The notes under the pieces: model-generated
Database searches by the model: none
Told to the model about the DNA's origin: nothing
Seen by the model: the letters and a program-made list of their open reading frames with translations, nothing else
Assembly: GCF_000981785.2 (NCBI RefSeq)
Contig: NZ_CP011304.1
Location: forward strand, 2,190,001-2,222,000
Reading direction: 5' to 3'
Origin: Microcystis aeruginosa NIES-2549
Lineage (GTDB): Bacteria; Cyanobacteriota; Cyanobacteriia; Cyanobacteriales; Microcystaceae
Length of the DNA: 32,000 nt
Program-made: the position numbers and the translations under genes
In this document: positions 8,015-16,239 of the stretch, one piece after another
Position numbering within the stretch: the first letter of the stretch is position 1
Layout: every line of letters starts with the position of its first letter

Positions 8015-10891
8015 TTAAGCTCTTTTGATCAAACTATTAGCAATTTTCTCTATTTGTTGCTTAAATTCGGGGGTAGATTCCGTACTATAAGGTTTAAAAA
8101 GAGTAGTGCGATCGCTATCCGTATCCCGATAAAGGGCTTTAATTGGAACATCTCCATCTGCTTGTAAACGTGAGGCTTGGCGATCACTAACAAAGGTGAA
8201 AGAATCATCTTCTGACATCTGTAAAGCGACTCTATGGCGAAAATAAGCTAAATTTCGCCGAATATCAAGGACATTAGAGAAAGCTTTGATCCCTGAAAAA
8301 CTGAGGATGAGATGAATACCTTTACTCGGTCCTTCCTTCAATAATCGCTTAATTTGAGTAGTTAAGTGACTTTCTGGGCTATAAGACTGCTCATTGCTCC
8401 GTCTTAAGTCATCTACTCTATCTAATTCCGTCATGATGACGAAAATAGAAGGTTGAGTCATCAAGTCTGCTTCACTGAGTTGGTTTCTTTCGTCAAGTTG
8501 AACAATTAAATTGTTCAAAATTGCCGTAATAATTCTATTTTCGCGGTTAAATGCCGTCGTAAAGCCCAAAGGTTTTAGAATAATCTGACATACTTCTTCC
8601 AATGCTAAATGCCATTGTGTACCGGATACACTGCGATCTACCACAACAAAACGAGATTGTTGAAGATTGCCATTAATAGCAAGACTGGTCAAAATAGCTG
8701 ATAGAATTCCATAACGGGCTGTATTATAGTCTCCACCGATAACTAGAACGTTTTCACTTGGACGACGGCGTAATATCAGCCTTGCCTGTTGCCTCACACT
8801 GAATTCTTGTCCTAGCCATGTTAAGACCGGGTATTCTGCACTAAACCAGTCAGAAATGCCTAATCCTCCTTTGTAGAAAGGTAAACGGGCGATTTTTTCC
8901 CAATCTTCTGAGGTTAACCATTTACCGTAATCTAAAATATGGCGTAATTGAGGATTATCTGCTAAATTAGGCTGAGAATCTCCATCAAAGACCACTGTTT
9001 CCGTGTAATCTTCTGGGGAGAGTTGATGAGCTTTTTGAGATAAAGCGTTAATGATCATATCTCGGCGAGATTTTTCGATAAATGCCACTTTCCCAAAATA
9101 ATTAGAGTTATCATCGCCACTACGGTCATTAATAACAATTTTCCCCGGCAAATCACAGGTCATTAATAATTGTTTTCCTCGTTTTCCAAATTCTGTCAGG
9201 GCTTGAATTTCTGTTTTTGACATCTGCATTCCCATTCTCAGGTGAATATTACCCAAAATTCCCGTTTGATTCCGCATTCCTTCAGCCCCAAACCTTTGGG
9301 AAGCGAGTAACATATGAATACCCGCACTCCGCCCCTGTTGGGCTAAAATCAGTAGTTGACTGGAAGCAGTATCCTCTTTGTCGTTAAAAAATAACTCCTG
9401 ATATTCATCAATAATTAGAAGAATACGGGGCATTTTGCCCTCTGGTTGTCCTAGTCGGCGATAACCTGCCAATTCTGACACCCCTAATCTTTTAAATAAG
9501 GCGTTACGTCGTTCTTTTTCGGCGATTAATTCAGTTAAAACACTACGCGATAATTCAGGGGAGGAATGTAAGGAAACTACTTCGGTATGGGGCAAATTGC
9601 GATAGGGGGCTAATTCTACGCCATATTTGCCATCAATGAGATAAAATCTTAATTCTGAGGGACTATAACGAGTTGCCAAGCCTAAAATAAGCCCATGATA
9701 CAGGGTAGATTTTCCTGATCCAGTCATTGCTCCTAGCATACCATGAGCGCATTGATGACCTTCGCTATCTTTACCAAACCAAATATTTAATTGATCAGAA
9801 CTTCCTCTTCCACCGATAGGTGTGGTTATCCATTCTTCACTGCTATAATTCCACCAATTTTGCGGATCAATTCCTACTATATCATCCCAATCTAATTTTC
9901 GTTCGGGGGGTTTAGCTTGTTTAACTTTATCAAGTAATTGTTTTTGTAAATCTGCGTCAGGAATACTATCCGCTTTAAATTGAAGTTGACAAGATGTTGC
10001 TGTCTTTGACTGTTGACTGAGATCAATATAAAAGGCATTTTCAAACCCACTCATATTAATATCTCTAGGGAGATCAATATCTTGATTATAGTGAATAAAC
10101 ACATATCTTCCAGCTTCTGGTCCACTATTACCAATTTTTTGTAATTCTTCAATATCTCTACGGTCATATCTTTTAGGAAAATCTGCGACAAAAATCCCCT
10201 CAAATCTTTCATTGACTCGAATATCTGGGGGGAGTAAATGTAAGGCAGGAGACTGAGGATCTAAATAGGTTTCTTTGACGCGACGAATATCTTGGGTGAC
10301 TTCTAATAAATCTCGATAAACTTCGCCACTATTTTCTCTAATCAAAGCCTCAGGAAGGGAACGACGCATTAAAAATGCACCCCCATTATTAACGGGATCA
10401 CAGAAGGTATAACGTATTTGATAAGGAAGTAAAATAGCGGTACGAATCACAAGAGATTGCAGTAATTCTAGCCCCATATTACGGGTATTATTGCTACAGC
10501 GAATAATAATAGTTTTATTCCCACCAATAAAGGGAGCAAATTCGGGAACACAAAAAGTGTTATTACTCGATCTTTGTTCAACTAATTGACCAATACGAAT
10601 TAATTCTGTATGCTCTAATGAGGATAATAAATTATCGTTAATGTTCCAATTTTCCCAACGATAATCTTGCCAACTTCCTATTATTTCTAATGGTTGCTGT
10701 TCTAAATAAGATTGAGTCGATAGATAGCTATCTTGGAGAAATTTTCCAAAATAATTAGGTAATTGTTCGCCGTTTAATTTACCATGATTGAACAAAGAAG
10801 CACAAAACCCTAAATAGTCGGTTATGCGTTGACTACTTTGTTCAATTTTTTGGTTTAACCCTTCAATTTGTTGTTGCCAAAACATAAGCAT
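8015..10891 (-). CDS. FtsK/SpoIIIE-family ATPase with three tandem P-loop-like modules (EssC/EccC-like), soluble, 958 aa
   Basis: The middle module has Walker A GAMTGSGKST (nt 9704-9733), Walker B LLIIDEYQEL (nt 9392-9421) and GRSAGIHMLLASQR. The N-terminal module is degenerate (NKTIIIRCSNNTRNMG, GIFVADFPKRYD). The C-terminal module is also degenerate (VLVIGGDYNTARYG, IFVIMTELDRVDD, GPSKGIHLILSFSG). No hydrophobic TM segment is present. Confidence 0.85.
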   Translation of the reverse strand: MLMFWQQQIEGLNQKIEQSSQRITDYLGFCASLFNHGKLNGEQLPNYFGKFLQDSYLSTQSYLEQQPLEIIGSWQDYRWENWNINDNLLSSLEHTELIRIGQLVEQRSSNNTFCVPEFAPFIGGNKTIIIRCSNNTRNMGLELLQSLVIRTAILLPYQIRYTFCDPVNNGGAFLMRRSLPEALIRENSGEVYRDLLEVTQDIRRVKETYLDPQSPALHLLPPDIRVNERFEGIFVADFPKRYDRRDIEELQKIGNSGPEAGRYVFIHYNQDIDLPRDINMSGFENAFYIDLSQQSKTATSCQLQFKADSIPDADLQKQLLDKVKQAKPPERKLDWDDIVGIDPQNWWNYSSEEWITTPIGGRGSSDQLNIWFGKDSEGHQCAHGMLGAMTGSGKSTLYHGLILGLATRYSPSELRFYLIDGKYGVELAPYRNLPHTEVVSLHSSPELSRSVLTELIAEKERRNALFKRLGVSELAGYRRLGQPEGKMPRILLIIDEYQELFFNDKEDTASSQLLILAQQGRSAGIHMLLASQRFGAEGMRNQTGILGNIHLRMGMQMSKTEIQALTEFGKRGKQLLMTCDLPGKIVINDRSGDDNSNYFGKVAFIEKSRRDMIINALSQKAHQLSPEDYTETVVFDGDSQPNLADNPQLRHILDYGKWLTSEDWEKIARLPFYKGGLGISDWFSAEYPVLTWLGQEFSVRQQARLILRRRPSENVLVIGGDYNTARYGILSAILTSLAINGNLQQSRFVVVDRSVSGTQWHLALEEVCQIILKPLGFTTAFNRENRIITAILNNLIVQLDERNQLSEADLMTQPSIFVIMTELDRVDDLRRSNEQSYSPESHLTTQIKRLLKEGPSKGIHLILSFSGIKAFSNVLDIRRNLAYFRHRVALQMSEDDSFTFVSDRQASRLQADGDVPIKALYRDTDSDRTTLFKPYSTESTPEFKQQIEKIANSLIKRA

Positions 10892-11352
10892 TATTCTCCT
10901 TGTTTAGATAATTTTAAAACATTTTTTTGAGTATTTAACTGATACAGTTGAGAAGAATTAGAGTCATCAGAGGAGTTATTGTTAGTAAAGATAAATAAAG
11001 TGAACAACAAGAAAGAACCCCCCACACTCAGCCCAATGATTAGCCCGATGATTAGGTTACGAGCTTTAATTTTTAAAGACTCTATCTCATTTTTATGAGA
11101 TTCTATATTAGACTGTTCTTGGTTAATTTTACGGTCTGTTTCTTCTAATTTATCCAGACAAGCTTCAATTTCAGCCGGGGGTAATTGTTGAGAAGTTAAA
11201 GGGGAAATAGTCGTAACTTGACTTGGATTACTATAATATTTAGCAAAGCGTTTACTTAGGTCTTTTCGATTAGAATCAGCCCGATCATATTGTTGCCAAA
11301 TTTGCTCTCTATTAGCAATCATACGAGCAATTGAATTTTGAATTGTTTTCAT
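10891..11352 (-). CDS. Single-pass membrane protein with an N-terminal coiled coil, 153 aa (candidate membrane anchor for the ATPase)
   Basis: It has one hydrophobic helix (LIIGLIIGLSVGGSFLLFTLFIF) preceded by a charged heptad region (KINQEQSNIESHKNEIESLKIKA). Its stop overlaps the ATPase start as TAATG, with AAGGAG embedded in its last codons. Confidence 0.7.
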   Translation of the reverse strand: MKTIQNSIARMIANREQIWQQYDRADSNRKDLSKRFAKYYSNPSQVTTISPLTSQQLPPAEIEACLDKLEETDRKINQEQSNIESHKNEIESLKIKARNLIIGLIIGLSVGGSFLLFTLFIFTNNNSSDDSNSSQLYQLNTQKNVLKLSKQGE

Positions 11353-11377
11353 GTTTAAACCTCTGGGTTATTGTTAA

Positions 11378-11740
11378 TTAATCAACGAGTTGAGGAATAG
11401 ATAAATCACAGTCATGTAACCACATGGTTGTGCGTGAGGGTTGATAGAAAACTTGCCAAATTTTATCACCTCTATTATTGGTGTTAATAACACCTGTTAA
11501 TGAGACGACTTGATCAACAATTAAATAACTTCCACGAGTCCCCTTTCTTGCGTCATAAACCCTGCCATCTTGTCGAATAAAATGATTGCTACAATATCCA
11601 CTCCGATGAGGTTTAACAATAGCTACCACATTACGATAGTTATTTTCTTGATGACGACGCCATGTTTGAGCGTTTACTGGTAAGACTAAGCTGGTTAAAC
11701 TGACAAGACAGGTGATAACAAATAAATGAGTAATTTTCAT
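11378..11740 (-). CDS. Small secreted/periplasmic protein with a Sec signal peptide, 120 aa
   Basis: The N-terminus MKITHLFVITCLVSLTSLVLPVNA-QT has an AxA-like cleavage site. It lies 25 nt upstream of the membrane-anchor gene on the same strand. Confidence 0.6.
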   Translation of the reverse strand: MKITHLFVITCLVSLTSLVLPVNAQTWRRHQENNYRNVVAIVKPHRSGYCSNHFIRQDGRVYDARKGTRGSYLIVDQVVSLTGVINTNNRGDKIWQVFYQPSRTTMWLHDCDLSIPQLVD

Positions 11741-11796
11741 ATTTTTTGCTAAATTAATGAAAGAAATATTTGAGGTTAATTAAGACTTTTAGAAGC

Positions 11797-12276
11797 TTAA
11801 TGACAATACGTCTGATTCCAATTAGCAGTTAAATTACTACCAGAAGGAATACAATCCCGTAGGCGAGTTTTTCCATCAGATTGAATAGCAAACTCTGGTC
11901 CCCACTCTGTCTGATCAATACCGAAAATTACAACGGCAATATCTTGACAATTAGATACGATTCTATCGGCATAACTTTTCATTAAAACACCAGAAGCTAT
12001 AATGTTTGAAACAATCCTATAACTTCTTGTATCAAGAGATGTATAGCTTTCATTATAAGGGCTTAATGCGAAAATGATTTCATCTTTTCTATTAGTGGGA
12101 TTTCTCCTATTAGTTACAGTCCTTTTTGTAAGTATCACCCTTCTAACTCCTTTAGATTCTATTTCATTGACAATAGAATTAATGGTTGCTTGACAGCGAG
12201 ATTGAGCTTTAAGTGGTAAGCTAAACCCTAGCTGACTCAGTATCAAAATGAATAAAATGAAGTTAATTTTTTTCAT
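11797..12276 (-). CDS. Small secreted/periplasmic protein with a Sec signal peptide and 4 Cys, about 159 aa
   Basis: The track ORF starts at TTG 12285. ATG at 12276 gives MKKINFILFILILSQLGFSLPLKA-QS. The mature part has four Cys (possibly two disulfides). It is the first gene of the co-directional block. Confidence 0.6.
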   Translation of the reverse strand: MKKINFILFILILSQLGFSLPLKAQSRCQATINSIVNEIESKGVRRVILTKRTVTNRRNPTNRKDEIIFALSPYNESYTSLDTRSYRIVSNIIASGVLMKSYADRIVSNCQDIAVVIFGIDQTEWGPEFAIQSDGKTRLRDCIPSGSNLTANWNQTYCH

Positions 12277-12480
12277 GATTTTCAATTCGCAAGATGGTCA
12301 ATTGCTGAAAACATTACTTACTGTTAAGCTTGACTAATTCTTGGTGAATACTAAAAACTAGAATCAATGATTCACAGAAAATTCGCAAGACTACATAACA
12401 GATAGTTAAATGCTAGGGAGGATTAAAACAGTCCAGTTAACCCCTCTAGCATAATCAGAAAAAAAACAACAAACTGTTTA

Positions 12481-12936
12481 TCAAATATCTGCAATAAGTT
12501 GATTTAATTCATTAATCATTTTCTTTGCTTCTGTTCCTTCCCAAGGAACATGAGAATATGCTACAACTCCACCTCCAGTTGAACCAACAGCAATGACGGT
12601 CTGAAAAGCACTAATGATATTGGCAACTCCAAGTAGAAGTAATGGGAATCCAAATGATCTAATAGCACTAAAACCAACTAAGAGAAGGATTACGCCAACA
12701 CATAGAGGCAAGAACTTGAACTCAGTTCTAGTTTTAATACCTGCTATGCTTCTTAATGGATATGTTACTTCATCTTGGCCTATAGGGATAAATAGGAGAA
12801 CATTGGGTTTTCTGGCGATTAGTCTCTTGTTAGTTAACCAAAAACCTGATTTTAGAAAGAAAAGTATCAAGGAATAGCTAAACTCATACTCCTTCTGAAC
12901 TGACTCATCTTTTCCTAATGGGGTGTCAAATTGCAT
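12481..12936 (-). CDS. Small membrane protein, function unknown (possible PH-like N-terminal part)
   Basis: It has an ATG start and two hydrophobic helices (FLPLCVGVILLLVGFSAI, FPLLLLGVANIISAFQTVIAV). The segment WLTNKRLIARKPN...YPLRSIAGIK resembles bacterial PH-like membrane proteins, but only weakly. Confidence 0.45.
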   Translation of the reverse strand: MQFDTPLGKDESVQKEYEFSYSLILFFLKSGFWLTNKRLIARKPNVLLFIPIGQDEVTYPLRSIAGIKTRTEFKFLPLCVGVILLLVGFSAIRSFGFPLLLLGVANIISAFQTVIAVGSTGGGVVAYSHVPWEGTEAKKMINELNQLIADI

Positions 12937-13353
12937 CTTAAGCTCCTTTACTTGATGTTTTTTTGAATAATTCTGATGAGTACATAAGTGAAAAGTTACC
13001 CTAGATAAAAAAGGTATTTTATATTAAGGCAACGTAAGTTGTTCCCTAACCTTAGTTTGGTTAAAGTGCTAACTCTACCCTATCAGCTACTCAACAAAAG
13101 CCAATCATCCACTTATTTCTAAGTTTCGGCTGAACAGGCCGCATCTGGTATGCCAGTATAGCTTGAGAATAATTTGGGAATCTACCCAAACTGGTATCAA
13201 TTTTAAAATAGCCTCAAACCCTTATAGAGTAAGGAATATGACATCTAAAGCTGAGATTGACTTCGGGACACTTAAGGATATAGCCAATTTTCAGGATAAT
13301 TTACCTTAAGTTCCCAAAATCTAGTATTTATCGGAAACCTATTGAGCTAGACT

Positions 13354-14439
13354 TCACACCGCAAACGCTTGCTTGTGTTTATGAAAAATCTGGTCAGCGT
13401 TGTGGTACTGATGCTTAATCATCCACTGCTCCAGTTCAATGAGATACCATTGACCGGCAAATGTTCCATATTTTAAGCAAACTTTTTCATTATCGTGTAG
13501 AGTGTGCTTAAATCCAAAACGTTCTTTATACAGTGCTTCAATGGTTTCGTCCCCTTTTGGATAAGTCGTGTAGGAAATTTCAGTGTGAGCAATATCATGT
13601 TTGTAAGTCAAGATAGCTCGAATCAATTGCTGATAAACAAGATAACTTGTTCCTATTTTGCCAGTTCCCTTTTCATCATATAGAGAGAGACTTTCTCCGA
13701 TGCTTGTTACATTTTTGGGTAACATCAAATGCTTTCCTGTGTGTTTTCCTTCACAAAATGTTGCCAGTTGACAAGGCAAATAGTAGCCATATTCAGGCAG
13801 AGAATAGGTATAACGTGCAACACCGATTACCTGAGAGGGATTCTGTTCAGGATAGGCTAGAAAAATAACCGATTGGTGAGTAAATAAATCGTCGATTTCT
13901 TTGCGATAATTTTGTGACTCAGGATAGCGATTCTTGAGAAATAAGAAATAGGATTCAATTTCTGCCGGTGTTTCCGCTTCCTTGACCAGATAACCTTTGA
14001 CCTTTGGCACATCAAAAGAAAGTAAGGCTCTTTTGCAAAGAATCCAGCAGTTGCCAATGTTATTTAATACAATAAACCCAGCACAAGAAAACAGAATCTT
14101 CACATATTGCTCAATATCAGGGGTTTGGGATATATCATAGACAAAGAGAAGACCGTTATCCTGTAACATTCTTCGGACAGTCCTTAAAGTGAATAGGGGA
14201 TCTTTTTGGGTGTAATTTGTGGTCTTTAGCGTTGCAAATGTTTGTGCCGTTGAATCCTTTTCCTCGTTTGGTTTTAAATTAAGCCAACAAGAAAGTTGCT
14301 CATAGTGACGCTCTCGTATTTGACCGCTAAATAAGTGATTGACATCAACTCCATCCGATGACAGTAGCCGCACCGATGTAGATGATAATGAGATAAACTG
14401 TTTACCATTGGTTTGGTTGATTATTTGAGAAATAGCCAT
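13354..14439 (-). CDS. Hypothetical 361-aa protein (C-terminal half possibly a GNAT-like acyltransferase fold)
   Basis: It is a long ORF with an ATG start, divergent from the NB-ARC gene. I recognise no catalytic motif with confidence, so the domain hints are impressionistic. Confidence 0.4.
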   Translation of the reverse strand: MAISQIINQTNGKQFISLSSTSVRLLSSDGVDVNHLFSGQIRERHYEQLSCWLNLKPNEEKDSTAQTFATLKTTNYTQKDPLFTLRTVRRMLQDNGLLFVYDISQTPDIEQYVKILFSCAGFIVLNNIGNCWILCKRALLSFDVPKVKGYLVKEAETPAEIESYFLFLKNRYPESQNYRKEIDDLFTHQSVIFLAYPEQNPSQVIGVARYTYSLPEYGYYLPCQLATFCEGKHTGKHLMLPKNVTSIGESLSLYDEKGTGKIGTSYLVYQQLIRAILTYKHDIAHTEISYTTYPKGDETIEALYKERFGFKHTLHDNEKVCLKYGTFAGQWYLIELEQWMIKHQYHNADQIFHKHKQAFAV

Positions 14440-14739
14440 TTTGCTACCCTTAGGAAGAGGACAACGAGCAATGAGGCTCTCTTCATTGGGAGTAAAGCGA
14501 TAGAAATCCTTAGATTTCTACGGAGAAGCAAGCAAAACGATGATTTTTGGGCGCAAAAAGCAAAAGAAGCTGGAATTAGAAAGAATGAGAAAGCTTGAAT
14601 GGCTTCCTATACCTATAATTGAGCAAATAGCTGATATGTACTTAGTCACCTTGAGAGAAAGTTTTTCAAAAAATGAGAATTTCTGGGGATAATTGATCAA
14701 CAATAGAGAAATAAACTTATGTAGATTGAATAGAGAGCA

Positions 14740-16239
14740 ATGAAGTTAAAACTCTCCGTAGCGGGACTTGAGCAAGTCAAAACCCGATGGGCGCAAAAAC
14801 AAAAAGAAGGCTGGACTAGAGAGCATTTATGCACAGAAGCTAGTCAATTTGCTGAACCTGATACCAATTGGGAGGAATTGTTCAATCTCCGACGTTACGC
14901 TTTGAATTGCACCCCAGAGACTTTAGATCGATTTTTAAGGAGGGAAAACATTCGATTAGGAGGTTTTGTTTCCTTTTGTCGAGCTTTGAACATCGACCCT
15001 TCAAAAGTCGCAGATCTAGATAATCTTTTGCAAAAACTGACTCAAGATATCGAGCCTATTTGGGTGGGGCGAGAGTCTCTTCAAAGTGATTTACTGGAAA
15101 AACTAAGAGGCGATTGTCGCATTGTCGTAATTACAGGAATAACAGGTATTGGGAAAACTGCCCTCGCCTACAAATTAGCCTTAGCTTTGTGTCAAGAAGG
15201 GTTTCCTCCTGAACTGCCTATTGATTTTGATGGGTTTAATCAACGGGAGGATCAACAGTCGCAATCAGAAGCACAAAACTTTATCAGCACAGCTATTGAT
15301 TTACTCAATCGTGGCGATGAACCTGTTACGGCAAAACAAGCAAAAAACCCAGAACAATTATTAACTCAACTGGTTAATCATCTGAGCAATAATCGTCGAT
15401 TGATTTGGTTTGATTCAATGGAAAATCTTTTACAAGGAGAACAACAAGATGGTAGTAATCGCTTTAAAGACCCCCTCTGGCGAGTCTTTTTTCAAAAAAT
15501 ATTAGAAGCCGAAGATTGTCAGACTCGAATTGTGATAACTTCGCAGGATAAGCCTGAAGATTTTGAAACTTTTAGTCAAGCTCAATATTGGCATATTCAG
15601 CCATTAATGGGATTAGAGGATCAGGAAAGTTTACAGTTATTTGAACGTTTATTTCAACAAGCAGAAGTCGAATTAATTCTTCATGGACGTAACCTTGCTT
15701 ACCTTAAAGAGATCGGAAAACTTTATGAAGGACATCCTCTCGCTATCCGCTTAATTTCTGGTGATATTATTGATAGACTGAATGGAGATATAAGCACTTA
15801 TTATGAGGAGAATAAATCCCGATTTCGACGATTAAGAGAAATGATTGATGAAGCTCAAAAAGCCAATCCTGATGATTATTACAAAGTTAACTTAATGACC
15901 AAACAATTACGAAAACAACTGCTAGAGGAGGAAATCAAAAAAACAATAGAGCGGCTTGAAAACACTTTTAAAACTGCTTATTTATTGCTTATCTATGGCT
16001 CCACTTATTCATCTTTTGAATTTAAAAATGCGTGGTTTCAAAATCTTCAATTATTTTCAGAATACGAGGAACAGGATTTAGACTTAGCTCTTTTTACCTT
16101 GTTTAACCGTTATTTAGTAGAAACTCAAAAACAACCGGGATATGAACCACATATCAAACAGCACAGCTTAATTCGCAATGTTGCTTTCAAGCATCTAGTA
16201 TCTACCCAAACAAAAGAAGGAAACCCAAATCATGAATGA
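14740..16239 (+). CDS. STAND NTPase (NB-ARC-like P-loop) with an N-terminal HTH-like domain, 499 aa
   Basis: Walker A is ITGITGIGKTALAYKLA and Walker B is RRLIWFDSMENL. The N-terminal ~95 aa (LSVAGLEQVKTRWAQKQKEGWTREHL...TLDRFLRRENIRLGGFVSFCRALNIDPSKV) match the pattern seen at the N-terminus of many cyanobacterial WD40/TPR/NACHT proteins, from memory. Confidence 0.8.
   Translation: MKLKLSVAGLEQVKTRWAQKQKEGWTREHLCTEASQFAEPDTNWEELFNLRRYALNCTPETLDRFLRRENIRLGGFVSFCRALNIDPSKVADLDNLLQKLTQDIEPIWVGRESLQSDLLEKLRGDCRIVVITGITGIGKTALAYKLALALCQEGFPPELPIDFDGFNQREDQQSQSEAQNFISTAIDLLNRGDEPVTAKQAKNPEQLLTQLVNHLSNNRRLIWFDSMENLLQGEQQDGSNRFKDPLWRVFFQKILEAEDCQTRIVITSQDKPEDFETFSQAQYWHIQPLMGLEDQESLQLFERLFQQAEVELILHGRNLAYLKEIGKLYEGHPLAIRLISGDIIDRLNGDISTYYEENKSRFRRLREMIDEAQKANPDDYYKVNLMTKQLRKQLLEEEIKKTIERLENTFKTAYLLLIYGSTYSSFEFKNAWFQNLQLFSEYEEQDLDLALFTLFNRYLVETQKQPGYEPHIKQHSLIRNVAFKHLVSTQTKEGNPNHE

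Noticed and set aside
8015-10891. The FtsK-like gene as the chromosomal division translocase FtsK or a conjugative coupling protein
   Set aside because: It has no N-terminal TM domain and no C-terminal gamma (KOPS-binding) region. It has three tandem P-loop-like modules instead of one. No relaxase or T4SS genes are nearby, and its neighbours are small helical proteins.
12614-12877. 87-aa plus-strand ORF antisense to the 151-aa membrane protein gene
   Set aside because: It is an antisense shadow ORF without start context or motifs.
13647-14057. Short ORFs 13647..13868 (+) and 13857..14057 (-) within the 361-aa gene
   Set aside because: They are nested in or antisense to the longer ORF, with no independent support.
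14413-14703. 61-aa ORFs 14413..14598 (+) and 14518..14703 (-) in the divergent intergenic region; also a 36-nt stretch (14548-14583) resembling 14788-14823 near the 5' end of the NB-ARC gene (WAQKAKEAG versus WAQKQKEGW)
   Set aside because: The ORFs lack support as genes. The similarity (a 12-nt and an 8-nt exact run plus indels) may be a remnant of a duplicated 5' end, but it is too short to interpret without comparative data.
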